Source of the DNA: Antedon mediterranea | Taxonomy: Eukaryota > Animalia > Echinodermata | NCBI RefSeq assembly: GCF_964355755.1 | Contig: NC_092679.1 | Location: 24,721,432-24,785,431, forward strand | Direction of reading: 5' to 3' | DNA: 64,000 nucleotides | Shown: positions 27,001-37,472 of the stretch, in pieces | Position numbering within the stretch: position 1 is the first letter of the stretch | How the letters are laid out: each line of letters opens with the position of its first letter | Program-made: the position numbers and the translations under genes | Notes under the pieces: model-generated | What the model was told of the DNA's origin: nothing | Seen by the model: the letters and a program-made list of their open reading frames with translations, nothing else | The model's database searches: none

Positions 27001-30000
27001 TATGTTATCAAGATGGCCCAAAAACCTATGTTATAGTAGTAAAGAAAGAAGATGGTTAGAGTGAGCATACAAATATGATAACATTTTAGTCTTTTTTAGT
27101 CTTTTGTCAAAATGTTTTAATGGATAGTAATTGTATTTGTTGTTATTATTTTATACAGTACAAATTCTACAGACATCAAATCAAAGCAATTGTAATAAAA
27201 TGAATTTTTTATGTCTAAAATAAAAGCATTAATATCAGACAATAGTAATCATTTCTATGACTTCTCCTGCTTAAACTCTTTGATTTATTAGTTTTCAGGA
27301 CAATGTAAAAATTAGAATATTTTTGTTGCTGTTGGCATGGTAATTTATTATTTTGAGTGGTTAAAATAATTTGCATTTGATGTCATTGTATTTTGAATAA
27401 ACAGATTTTGTGTGTTGAGAAAACTAAATACATTGAATTTTAAATATAGAAATGATTGATAATGAGTTTATATTGCCAGAAATAGCCAATCAGTTAAATT
27501 TAGGGCCTGTTGCATATCATCGAAATACAGTATATAGTCTAAAATATAATTGATACCATATTTTAGTACCCCAATTTCTGTACCTTTTGGGTGGTGTAGT
27601 TACAGTACATTTTTAAATACAGTATGTTGTTAACTACAAATTTGGTGGGGAAAATATGTTATATGGTATAATTTTTATAAAGCACCATTTCTTCTGCCAA
27701 AAATATACTGTATATTAATATGTATGTCAGTATTCTAAAATACCGTATTATATGCTTTATTGGTTTGGCAGCAGAAACAGTGCCTTAGACGCCATTGTCC
27801 AGATTCAGCATCTGTATGCTAATTCATTTACAGTATTTTAATTCAATTAAATCGAATGAATTGTGAAATTTAATTAAAATTCTTCTCATATAATGTGAAA
27901 TCAAGTTATGATTATTAGATTTGACATGCTAGTACAATATTTTGTTTTTATGATGTTTACCTAAAGTAAACACACAATAACATATGTTGAGAGTTGTGTA
28001 TCTTCCATTTCAATATATTCATCAATACTAAATATTGCATTTATAAACAGTAGAATGGTTGATCAGTAAACAGTTAAATTAGAGGCTACTGAAAATATTT
28101 ACTATTACAATATTTCTGCAATTTGATTGGTAAACAGTTCCAGCCAAAACACTTTTTTACAACGCCTTGTCATGAAATTTGATTCCAGATGTGAAACGGT
28201 GATTAAATTGAATAAAAGTTAACTTTAGAAAAGCAAATAATATTTTCAATTTATTTTTTCCTCTATATACCATTTATTGCAGCTAAAGCAGTATAGCAGA
28301 CTTCAAGTTTCAACTTTATTTAATTCCGAATCATACATGTGATGATATGATAACATTGAAATTTAATATAAAGCAAATACGGTGGGAAAAACAAAAGAGC
28401 AATGCTCGTAAATGTGGCTACTCTATATAAAAAGAATTATCTAAAGCAGGTGGTAGTATTATTCAGTTAAATCCTGCTGTACTTTATACTTAAAATAGTC
28501 ATTAGGGATAAGACCAGAAGACAGAAAGTGTGAAATTGACACTGAAGTTGGTTTCATATCGAACTTAGGGCGAGATAAGTACTGATCTAGTTCAATTTTA
28601 CGAGAGCGGTAATTCGATTAAATTCATTAAATTGCGTTCGACGGCTCATGTTAGGGCGAGATAACTTAAGCATCACGTGCTCGCGACCCCGCCGACACAA
28701 ACAGGAAGTACAGTTGAACAGGTTGGGGCACTTTATTGTGGGCTATTCCTTGTGTGTATACGCACCCATTCTACCACCTTCTTCTTCTTTTCGAGTACTG
28801 CTTAACGATCCGTCGACACAATGCTTCCTCAGTTATTATTATTATCGGGGTTTTTACCTATATTTTTACAAATGATTAATGACGACACGACACTGAACTA
28901 GATGAAGGTACTGCTTTGCTGCTGTTTGCGTTAGTTGAGTTCGTTTCTAGCTGCATGGAATCCCAGCGAATGATGCAACAACGACGACGGCTCAGATACC
29001 TACGATATGCCGAGGAACAGCGCGAACTTGGGGAGATCATGTTTCTTTTACATACAAGCCTAGATGTAACATTTTTTGTCTTCGCTTTTACTTTTTGAAT
29101 GATGAATGCGGTACAGATGTATTGAAATAAGTTTTAAAATAGTAATATGACAGATCGTCGCTCTTGGTTAATATGTGCTTTAGAAATAAAGCTAATTTGT
29201 TGATGTTTATATGTCAAAGTTGAAATTTGCTTTAATCTGATTGGTGTATTGGTGACCTCCAATTCTGAATGCCTCATGCTGTGTTAATTACCTTAATCGT
29301 TTTCTAGCTTTACCAGTGGATTTACTATTCCGTCGAGGCGATGGCCTTGACTGACCGTAGTCGAGGAAATTCCTTCATCTCGCCCTAATAATTCGTTCAC
29401 ATCGAAGTTATGGCGACATCATCTCGTTAATCTAGTAAATTTATCTCGCCCTAAGTTCGATATGAACGGGCCTTGAATCAATGATTTTCGATACATGGTC
29501 AAATTGAAACCTCAACCCCCCATTAAAAATTCCTAGTTAATAAGAATATTTTGCATGATTTGAGTACAATTGTCCGTATACTGTACGAGAGTGATGTGAC
29601 ATTTGGTAATTGTTTTTGTTTTTCATTTATCTGTTCTTAGAGAAAACATATTTCCTATACATTTTATATGCAAATGACAATAAATAGAAGTAATGTTCCA
29701 CTAATGAATGAATGAATAAGATTTGTATTATTAACTTAATTTTCTTAATTTGTTTTATGCTTTTCCTTGCACGTTATTTCTGATCGACAGTAATCGTACC
29801 AAGTACTTGGATAGGACACTCTCCCAGTTAATCAGAACACACTTAAAGCTACTCTTCACTGATTCAATAGGTAATTATGTTTTATATTTGTTAAAATATA
29901 ACATTTTAAAGCACACTTAATGCAGGTTAATAGGTGATTACTTTTATATTGTGTGCAACAATGATCTACTAAGGCACCAGGATAAAACCCAACTCTTCAC

Positions 30001-33000
30001 AACTGATCTACTAAGGCACCAGGATAAAACCCAACTCTTCACAACTGATGTACTAAAGTTTTGTTAATCATTATGAAATTAGGTTTATAGTTTAATAATA
30101 AAAAACAAGTGGGTACACTTTTCATTCCATTTTAAACCAGTTTGTTTTTACTCCATTACCTTACTCCCCCACCATCAATCCCAACCCAAAAAGCACCAAC
30201 TCTAACCCACAACCCTTTCCCATAACAGTACAGTACAATTTTGGTTAGTACCTCATTATAGTACCTCAAATAGCCAACTGAACCCTTCCATTATTGTACA
30301 AACAAACTGGTCATAACACCCTGTCTTAAACTTTCCATCCACTGACAAATTATGACATTTTATAAACAAAACAATATTTTTAATACATGTAGTGACATTC
30401 TGTCAACCATGTTTGAAAATAAAATTGGTTCAGTTTACTAGTCAGATAATCAAGTATTAACAATATTTCTGATTTTACAACTTTTAAATCATAAAAATAT
30501 TTAAATTAACAGAGACTATAAAAAAAGATGAATTAGTTGAATAATGATAATAATAATAATATAATCATAATGATATAAAAGCTATCATAATAAAATGGAC
30601 ACACACAGTCAGTAAAAACACACAAAAATACAAATTTAAAAAGGCATGAATAAATAAATAATAATAAAAGTCGGGGACACGATAAAAAAAAAAGCCAGTT
30701 GTTGTAAACTTATTGCTAGGAAAATTTTATAGAGAAAAAAAAATGTGATTCTGAATATAAAACCAATTGTGTGATATTCTGTGAGATTAATCCAACAATT
30801 GATGGATAGCAGTTAGCATACTCTTGGAGATATTGTGAGATTAATCCAACAATTGATGGATAGCAGTTAGCATACTCTTGGAGATATTGTGAGATTAATC
30901 CAACAATTGATGGATAGCAGTTAGCATACTCTTGGAGATATTGTGAGATTAATCCAACAATTGATGGATAGCAGTTAGCATACTCTTGGAGATATTGTGA
31001 GATTAATCCAACAATTGATGGATAGCAGTTAGCATACTCTTGGAGATGTTGTGAGATTAATCCAACAATTGATGGATAGCAGTTAGCATACTCTTGGAGA
31101 TGTTGTGAGATTAATCCAACAATTGATGGATAGCAGTTAGCATACTCTTGGAGATATGATAAAAAGGGCTTTAATGTAACGGATTTATATCTTATTAAAT
31201 TATATACAAAACTATTCATACATATATTGTATTCAACTAAATCACAATCCTTATTTATGTGAATGCTTGTTTTTTTATGCTCAACAACCTCACTCACTTT
31301 CCAAAATTAATCATAACAATCTGTATGAAATGATGCTCATTTATAAACTTTTCTTGAGCAGCTCAAATGTTGAAAAAGAATTTTGCATTTTTATATCTTA
31401 ATTTCCTAATACAATACTTGTTTAAAATATGTCACAATAAATCAAAATAAAAACAATCAGGCTCCCCTGTACCAACATGCTGCATTAGTTATATTGTCAG
31501 GTAGTTTTATAATGCAAATGTTGTTTATATTCCAGATGAAACAGCTTCTGTGTTAGCAGATTTGACTTACATGGAATCAAGGAAAGGCTTCTCAATCCAA
31601 TTATTGGAAAAGTTGACAGAAAAACAAGAGCAGGTATGTCAAACTCTCTTAATCCTTAATTCTAAAGCTTAAAGTCAATGGAAAAATGTATTTGACAACG
31701 GGATATGGTAGTGAAATCAAATACAACTAGATTTGAACTCTCTAGCTCTCTAGCTAGTTATCCACACAATGCCATGTACAACAAATATGTTATATCCGCA
31801 TAGATAAAGATTACTGAAGAAAATTTTTTGCTGAATTCTGTCTATTTTGTGTCATATAGTATACACACAACTCTGTCTATTAGGCCTAATTTTTAATTTT
31901 TACTTGGGGATTACTTTTGATAAACCAGAAATTGAAGTAGATTATATATGTGCGCATTGGATTAAACTTGGTCATATACTGTATAGATTACTCTTTAATG
32001 ATACAGTAATTCTTGTACAAGATCAGTAACATATTCAGGAATGTCACATAAGCTAAAGGGATGTAGTTATAAAACACTAATATTGATAACAATGCTATTA
32101 TTAAGAACATCCAACATTCAAATTTGAATAAATTGTATGTAAAGTTTGTCACATTTAATGAAATGATCTTGGTTCATGGTTTATGAATTCTTGTCACTCA
32201 GTCAGTTATACAACATACATAACTGAAGTTAAACATTATTTGCCAACAAAACTTATTCAAGAAATACTTATTCAGTAAAAAGCAGACACAACCAAAAAAA
32301 TAGCCCAAATGAGAGAGAGGCCAAAATATTTAAATAAAAACAGTATATAAACATTTTTTTAAAGAGTGTTGTCTACCATTATAATATATAGTTGCATGTC
32401 AAAATATCTTATTCCAAAGCTTGCGAGAATCATCTGTATATACCACAGTTTACTTTTCCCAGGATATACACTACACCAATATTATCTATATATAAATTTA
32501 CGTAAGGGCAAAATTCGGTAAATCACGCCTTACTTCTAGAATTTTTACTCGATGGTATATAAAGTTGGTTCGTACTTTCGGTACTGATTTTAACCACCTG
32601 ATGTAACCCTGTTTACTAATTAAATTAAGTTAGATAATTAGTTATTGACGATTAAAACGAATTTAGGTTCAACGATTTGCCCCAAATAGGGGTGTTTTCC
32701 GATCGTGGTATACACTGTCTAATAGATGTCCATCTTGAAAAATACCCGCCACAAAAATGCGAGGAGGCTTCGCATTTTCCTATCTCCTCCTACGATAATT
32801 GTTTTTAATAGCTGAAAACCGGTTGAACAGTTCGAGTACAGCATCATAATGTTGAAGACAGGCCGATTTTCTTTAAAAAATACTATTTTGATACATTTAA
32901 TATACGTTTTTACAAATGTATTGATTTGTGATGAATGGAACATTCCAAATTATTTGGTTTAACCATACAGGTATAGATTTAGATTTATGGGCCCCCTTGG

Positions 33001-36000
33001 AGAATAAACATAAATAGTATTGCAATGCTGTACAATACTGTTAAGGTATTAACCACTTTTGATCGCAATTTGAATCGCAAATTTCTTACTGTGAGTGTTG
33101 GTACTGTTAGATGTAATATAAAAATATATACAAATAAACTTTATTACTGTGAGTGTGGGTAGGCCCTACTGTTAGATTATAAACATATACTGTAATATAC
33201 AAATAAACATTCCAAATTATTTGGTTTAACCATAGAGGCATATATTTAGATTTATGGGCCCCCTTGGAGAATAAACATAAATAGTATTGCAATGCTGTAC
33301 AATACTGTTAAAAGGTATTAACCACTTTTGATCGCAATTTGAATCGCAAATTTCTTACTGTGAGTGTTGGTACTGTTAGATGTAATATAAAAATAAATAC
33401 AAATAAACTTTATTACTGTGAGTGTGGGTAGGCCCTACTGTTAGATTATAAACATATAATATACAAACAAATAAACGTTATTACTGACAGTTGCTTCTCA
33501 ACGTTTGTATTAATTAATAATTTAAAAATATATAAACGTCGTAGTGGTGTATCGTTACATGTACTTTACTATTTCAATCGACTATGACAGTGAGAGTTTT
33601 AACAAAGTACCGTATTAAATCGTAAATGTTTTACTGTATTTAGTGGTATATTATTTATAGGCCTATAAAACATTTAAAACAATATTTCGTTACTGAGTGG
33701 ATAAGAATATATTTTAAAATGTTTCCTCTTTGTACCTATCTTCTTCCCCCATCCCTCAACCCTTAATGTTACATACAAAACACAAATTGGGTTTGTTTAA
33801 ATGAGTCCAAATAAAAAAATTTGACTCATTTTGTTTCTCTCTCAGAAGTAATTCCCAGGGTGCTAATTTTGGTTGACTACATAAATCATTGTGTATATTT
33901 ATTCGTTTCTGTAAACGACAATGTATTATAGTCCTGCAGTACGTACATTTGAAATCTCCATTTTTTTCTCGCTGGAAATACTGTGTATTCGAGAACCATC
34001 TGTGGGCACGACCTAGATGGTACGCGAGCGAAGCGAGCGTGCCATCTAGTTACAAATAATTATTATAATTTCTATAAGTTCTTCTAAGTTTATTATCATG
34101 AAAATGTTAATAATTATAATGTCCTGTATAAATGAATAAATAATTTATCAATAAATGAATACGTGATTAGACTGTTGAATACCTTTCCATGACAAGCAAA
34201 GCAGCATTCAATGAAACCTACTACTGTACTTACTACAGTGCTTAACTTAAGTCATAAAACCTGGTAAAGGTCAAAGGTCAAACATAAGAGATCAATTTTA
34301 CACGTCTCCTTTCTATTATGTTGTTAGATTATTAAAAGTAGCTGTAATAAAATGGTTCTCAATCTTTGGAAATTGAAAGTAATGATGATTTTGAAATACA
34401 AACTTGCAATTTTCCTTCCACTAGAATAGCGAGTAGCTGCACTTTTTATTTTGCATGTCTGATGAGACGTTTAATTAGATCGTTTCCTTAGATTGCACCT
34501 AAATGAAGCAATAAACATGCAAGATTATTTATTTGTTACATAAAACAGTTTGACAAATGAGAATGTTAATATGCAAAGTGTATAAACCAAGCAGATGTAC
34601 TTTCGATGTACCTTTTCTTTTCTGCAATAGAATTGAGTCTGCAATATAAATGTACATTTGTTGAAAACATTAAAATAAGTGTGGATTGAATTTCATAAAG
34701 ATTTTTAATTACTTAATGTACAATAAAAACAATTGACAATAGATTTACTACTAGTACAGTCAGTACTAGTGTTTTAGCAATAAAATTGTTCATTATGGTC
34801 AACTAATAAACTCGTTAAATTGTTTTTAATTATAATTAAAAAACACAAATGTTTAGCATTTCATTCTGTTGCAGAGTATTTATATCTGAATAAAATATGA
34901 ATCATGTTTTTCATCAACCTCTCTTCATTCAAAGTAATATGACAGCTTGTTATTGTTTCATCTGATAAACATTAATTATATCGCATCAAAATGGACTTCT
35001 TAGTTATGAACTTTATTATTGGTAAAGTTTATATTTTATATTCCTACAAGAAAATATGTACTGGCCACCCACAGGTGATAAATCAACAAGGGAAGAGATA
35101 AGATTCTGTTTTATTTTTTTTAATTAACAATTGGATAATTTCAAATAACCTAGAATCTGGATACCTTACAAGTTACTGACTAATCATCTGAATTCTTTGC
35201 TCAATGTAGTTTGAGTTATTTTACATTATGTAACGACTTATTGATATCTGCAGTTTGTAAGATATTTTCTTCTAAATACTTTGATTGAAAAGTAATGTGT
35301 GTCATTAGTACAGCTAATCGTCTTTTGGCATAATTTGGTAAAATAATCCCTCTGGAAGTATCATGATATTATATTCAGTAAAATTCTTCTGATGGTGTAA
35401 GGTGACTGGAGAATAATAACCTGGAATCTTGAACTTATTCTCTACTGAATTTCCAGTGAAATTATTTGCTAATTATTTTTCAAATATTTCAAATATATAT
35501 TGAAATATATTATATATTTTGGAAACGATAAAGATGATGAAAGCCGTGAGAATGAAAAAGGTGGTCCCCAACTGAGATTTGAACCTGGAACCTTCTGCTT
35601 AATATGCAGATGTCCTAACCATTAGACACACTCTAGGTGTGGTACGGCGGAACAGCACTAGTCCCTCAATTGTATGCACGCACACCAGGGATCAAATGAG
35701 GGCGTATCAATTTGCATCTTGCATGTGTTGATCATCTAAACTTCTCCTGGTGAAAACTTTGAATCTGGTTTGATAAAGTTGAAACCAGGCAAATGACCTT
35801 ATAGTGTAATTTGATAACTTTTCAATTACTTAAATTATATTATGCATAAAAATTGATAGTATGATATACATTAATGTTTATTGTCTGCTCACAACCAAAG
35901 CTTATTAACAAATTATTATCAAAACTGTAAAAATTACATATATATATATTTCTTTCTCATTGAATAAACCTTTGTACAAACGGAGAATAAACCGTTCCTA

Positions 36001-37079
36001 ATAATGGGTCTTAAGTTAATGTAGTTTCATGTTGTGTACCTAAAACACTAGCTGTACTTAGGATAATGTCAACAATGTGTCTATAATTAATGTATTAAGT
36101 ACAGTAAAAGCTATTTATTATTGTCGTCAACACTTGATGATGACATTACTGCTCTTACTGCCAGCAACAATGTAATGTAATGTAAACCATACATCCGTAA
36201 TTAAAATATTCAATTTCATATTTACTCAAGTATTGAGTGTCATAACTGTAACTAAAATAATGATCCTTTGTGTGGATTTCGTACATTGAGATATGATATT
36301 TTACATGGTATGTTTATCAAATCTTGGCTATCATTTTCTAAAGATATTGCAAAAAAACTACCACAATTCTTCTTGCTGTATCTAACTAAATCAAACATTC
36401 AATTTAAGAAAGAATTAAAGAAATATCTTTTACTTTAAATATTGAACATTTCATTTTTATTATATATTATTACTGATGCTTCATATTCTTGTTCTTATTA
36501 TTTTGTGTAACCATGTTAAAGTGTTAACTGAAACAAGTTTACTTGTAGGTTGGTCCTCATTTTATGCTTTGTATTATTTGTATGGCATTTGATGAAAAAA
36601 TGTTGAATTGAATTGAAATCATACATGTGGCTGGTTTTTGCAGGTTACACTTCTCATTGAATACTCCATTCATTTTCCCTTAAACCCTAAATAAACAAAA
36701 TTACAGTATTATTAACTAATTACTGTCATTATCCTCATAATTATTATGTAAACTGAATCTTTTTTGTTTTTCTATAGATATTCAAGCTTTGTCTTTCTAT
36801 ACCTTTTTTTAATTTTGCCGGTGCCGTGTGTCTTTCAAAGAATTGTTCCACATTCAGTGAATTAATTTCTTGGTAAGATTGTATTTATCAAATTTTCTTA
36901 TTTATTCCAAATCAATAATTTATTCAATTAGAGAAATTATTTCATTTTTTTTCTTCATTATGAACAGTACTCCAGATAAGCTTGAAAAGAAGGCCAACAT
37001 TTCGCAAAGTCGAGCTAAAGAGTTACATCAGTTTTTCAAACACAAATTCAACCTGGAGATGCTTGGTGATACTCTATAG
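1..37079 (+). CDS. FANCM: Fanconi anemia group M protein (FANCM), 5'-partial multi-exon gene (post-helicase region to C-terminus)
   Basis: Exons 1-47, 160-753, 942-2505, 2830-3098, 4971-5091, 5487-5572, 9513-9654, 16887-17731, 23207-23384, 24566-24692, 29791-29870, 31536-31633, 36778-36872, 36968-37079 join via GT-AG sites with consistent phases into one frame. The translation has FANCM-like blocks SLSEWSIWQ..VDHSKRCRHFV, FELEADVDSD..SSDE..SILDFIND..QALYLKSLR, CDFMVSNRM and a C-terminal HhH2 ending FNLEMLGDTL*. Confidence 0.93.
160..753 (+). CDS. FANCM: FANCM exon, MHF-binding region
   Basis: tttag| acceptor and CAG|gtatgg donor. KPKCVAGEFSLSEWSIWQTKFQPTKLVDHSKRCRHFVEMEEFL resembles human FANCM LSLSEWRLWQ..VDHSDRCRHFI. 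Confidence 0.9.
942..2505 (+). CDS. FANCM: FANCM large central exon (MM1-like and MM2-like motifs, disordered)
   Basis: tacag| acceptor and CAAG|gtattg donor. Long low-complexity frame with IPPKAPNISSLDFL (MM1-like) and EFDLRFDLNDF (MM2/RMI-binding-like). Confidence 0.87.
2830..3098 (+). CDS. FANCM: FANCM exon with internal ~32-aa duplication
   Basis: Polypyrimidine cttgtag| acceptor (phase 1) and AAG|gtattt donor; NDSEDEIQPKLK..VLST.TFKTPTKQA occurs twice. Confidence 0.8.
3166..3516. repeat. Minisatellite, 58-bp unit x6
   Basis: Unit ACTATCAATAGGATCTTACCCTATCAAGTAGTTCGTCAGCCACATACCTATAAGAGGG, near-identical copies. Confidence 0.97.
4349..4490. mobile_element. MITE family A copy 1 (Tourist/PIF-like, TAA target-site duplication)
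   Basis: TIRs AGCTCTGTCTA.ACTATCAAACT / AGTTTGATAGTGTAGACAGAGCT, TAA on both sides; two more copies in the window. Confidence 0.8.
4971..5091 (+). CDS. FANCM: FANCM exon
   Basis: tttcag| acceptor and G|gtaaaa donor; ISCDELTIPLKQRLLRK..SDDDEDFQVAY; phases 0/1 fit neighbours. Confidence 0.75.
5487..5572 (+). CDS. FANCM: FANCM exon (basic, NLS-like)
   Basis: atttag| acceptor and AAG|gtattc donor; VARKPITTKKTRMDSNSKYKRKHRQDKK; phases 1/0. Confidence 0.75.
7115..7343. repeat. G-rich minisatellite, 33-bp unit x7
   Basis: Unit GGG(A/G)CGGATTCAAGGGATTGGGAGGGTCAGCCT. Confidence 0.97.
8466..9155. repeat. Minisatellite, ~68-bp unit x~10
   Basis: Unit AGCTCTCTAAAGCTTTCAATGACTTTTATAGCTCCACTTCTTTGACTTGATAGGTTAGTTAGTGTGTC with small variants. 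Confidence 0.95.
9513..9654 (+). CDS. FANCM: FANCM exon, acidic MM3-like motif
   Basis: ttttag| acceptor and G|gtatgt donor. LAIQDLFELEADVDSDVDCSSDENDNSQVDKSILDFINDNTVCSQAG resembles human FLDDEAELSEED..SSDENDE..SLLDFLNDETQLSQ. Confidence 0.88.
10000..13761. repeat. Satellite array, 43-bp unit x~87
   Basis: Unit GATCAAACACGTATGGAAGCATACTCCCATAATAATGCAGCTA, contiguous with no spacers. Confidence 0.98.
13762..16014. repeat. Satellite array, 80-bp unit x~28
   Basis: Unit TACATCACTTTGGAGTGTACTGGAACACTTGCATGAAATAACATGATCTGTAGCCTCTAGAGTGTTATCAATTTGATGAT; deleted units near 15355 and 15500. Confidence 0.98.
16887..17731 (+). CDS. FANCM: FANCM exon
   Basis: tttcag| acceptor and AAG|gtaagt donor; begins GDVQALYLKSLR (human EMRAIYMKSLR). 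Confidence 0.88.
19440..19740. repeat. Degenerate AT-rich tandem repeat, ~110-bp unit x~3
   Basis: TATTAAAATGATT(T)T..TTTT and ATTTTAAACATATGTTT each recur three times. Confidence 0.7.
20050..20302. repeat. Minisatellite, 41-44-bp unit x6
   Basis: Unit TCATTTATTATACTCATTATCACACTGTATTAACTGTA(TAA/CACACA). Confidence 0.95.
20961..22277. mobile_element. Non-autonomous P-element-like DNA transposon (1317 bp)
   Basis: Perfect 13-bp TIR CATGGATTAAAGA (20961-20973) / TCTTTAATCCATG (22265-22277), flanked by direct repeat GTTCTAC (20954-20960, 22278-22284). CpG-rich interior, no transposase ORF. Confidence 0.8.
22572..22933. repeat. Minisatellite, 36-bp unit x10
   Basis: Unit TGTGAATGCCCATTTACTGCACATATACGCCAACAT, perfect copies. 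Confidence 0.97.
23207..23384 (+). CDS. FANCM: FANCM exon, ERCC4-like domain start
   Basis: IQRCGVEPIVLVNPGVLSSCPHIASSLELQHNLNSMVHQLTACDFMVSNRMGVIRKSFS; canonical splice sites. Confidence 0.9.
23460..23595. mobile_element. MITE family A copy 2
   Basis: Same TIRs and interior (GATGTGCCCAAATATAGT) as 4349-4490, TAA flanks. Confidence 0.8.
23627..23768. repeat. Tandem repeat, 46-bp unit x3
   Basis: Unit TTTATCTTTATCATTTAACCACAAAACGTAACAAAGAATGGCCTGG. Confidence 0.93.
24087..24248. repeat. Minisatellite, 32-bp unit x5
   Basis: Unit ATGTATGTCTTTTCCATACTACGGTATCTTTT. Confidence 0.95.
24566..24692 (+). CDS. FANCM: FANCM exon, ERCC4-like domain
   Basis: DFANGANRNKLIDQVRYACQLFDRPCLIVETDRLK (human ..KFIEQIQHLQSMFERICVIVEKDREK); donor AT|gtaagt. 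Confidence 0.9.
24843..26668. repeat. Satellite array, 36-bp core unit x~50 (32-44-bp variants)
   Basis: Unit TAGGATACTTCTCTATCTACAGTATATTTTAATATA; 5' copies carry an extra CTAAGC segment. Confidence 0.97.
28553..29472. mobile_element. Non-autonomous TIR element (PIF/Harbinger-like)
   Basis: 26-bp perfect inverted repeat TTCATATCGAACTTAGGGCGAGATAA (28553-28578 / 29441-29466), internal copies of TTAGGGCGAGAT, right end ...GAACGGGCC. Superfamily is an inference. Confidence 0.7.
29791..29870 (+). CDS. FANCM: FANCM exon, ERCC4-like domain
   Basis: NRTKYLDRTLSQLIRTHLKLLFTDSI (human RRTKSYDSLLTTLIGAGIRILFSS); phases 2/1. Confidence 0.87.
30780..31157. repeat. Minisatellite, 54-bp unit x7
   Basis: Unit TGTGAGATTAATCCAACAATTGATGGATAGCAGTTAGCATACTCTTGGAGATAT. 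Confidence 0.97.
31536..31633 (+). CDS. FANCM: FANCM exon
   Basis: DETASVLADLTYMESRKGFSIQLLEKLTEKQEQ (human EETADLLKELSLVEQRK); canonical splice sites. Confidence 0.88.
32939..33480. repeat. Direct tandem duplication, ~268 bp x2
   Basis: AACATTCCAAATTATTTGGTTTAACCATA starts at 32939 and 33207, with near-identical continuation. Confidence 0.9.
34013..34050 (+). mobile_element. Helitron/Helentron-like terminal hairpin
   Basis: CTAGATGGTACGC-GAGCGAAGCGA-GCGTGCCATCTAG followed by T: a GC-rich hairpin ending CTAG|T, at the end of a CpG-richer block with an internal duplication. Confidence 0.5.
35563..35635 (-). mobile_element. tRNA-derived SINE-like head or tRNA pseudogene
   Basis: Reverse strand has A-box-like TGTCTAATGG, stem TCTGC/GCAGA with a 7-nt loop and B-box GGTTCAAATC; the acceptor stem does not pair. 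Confidence 0.55.
36778..36872 (+). CDS. FANCM: FANCM exon, HhH2 first half
   Basis: IFKLCLSIPFFNFAGAVCLSKNCSTFSELIS (human LQFYLSIPNISYITALNM); donor TG|gtaaga. Confidence 0.85.
36968..37079 (+). CDS. FANCM: FANCM last coding exon, HhH2 second half
   Basis: TPDKLEKKANISQSRAKELHQFFKHKFNLEMLGDTL*; stop TAG at 37077-37079. Confidence 0.88.
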
Positions 37080-37310
37080 CCAACGATACCATTCTGTGCT
37101 TTCCAAATTTACTACCTCAGACACAAGTTTTGTTTCTTCAGATTTTCAGTCTAGAACAATTTTTCATTAATTAGTTAGATAGATCTTCTCCATCCCAGTT
37201 TTAATACTTGATTTTAACAATTTATTGAAAATTGTCAAAGATTAAAGTAGGCTTAAATGCCTTTGTAAATCCAGCAAATGCTATTACTGTTTAAAAAGAA
37301 ACAGAAGTAT

Positions 37311-37472
37311 GCTGCTGTCTACACTATCAAACTGTATGTGACCAACAAAAATGTGATGTGCCCATATATGGACAGATAATGTCATACCACTACCATATTT
37401 GGGTTTATCACTACCATATTTGGGCACATCACACTTTTTTTGTCAAACTAGTTTGATAGTGTGGACAGAGCT
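37311..37472. mobile_element. MITE family A copy 3 (opposite orientation, just 3' of FANCM stop)
   Basis: CTGTCTACACTATCAAACT ... AGTTTGATAGTGTGGACAGAGCT; interior is the reverse complement of copy 1. Confidence 0.75.

Noticed and set aside
30150-30350. Highly decayed LINE RT fragment on the minus strand (LRQG-VM-like)
   Set aside because: Only one weak motif is visible and there is no YADD; it cannot be supported without a profile search.
30716-31297. 193-aa minus-strand ORF with an 18-aa repeat
   Set aside because: Derived from a 54-bp minisatellite inside a FANCM intron; no domain signal.
35563-35635. Functional tRNA gene
   Set aside because: A- and B-box-like motifs are present, but the acceptor stem does not pair and the anticodon loop is non-canonical; treated as a SINE head or pseudogene.
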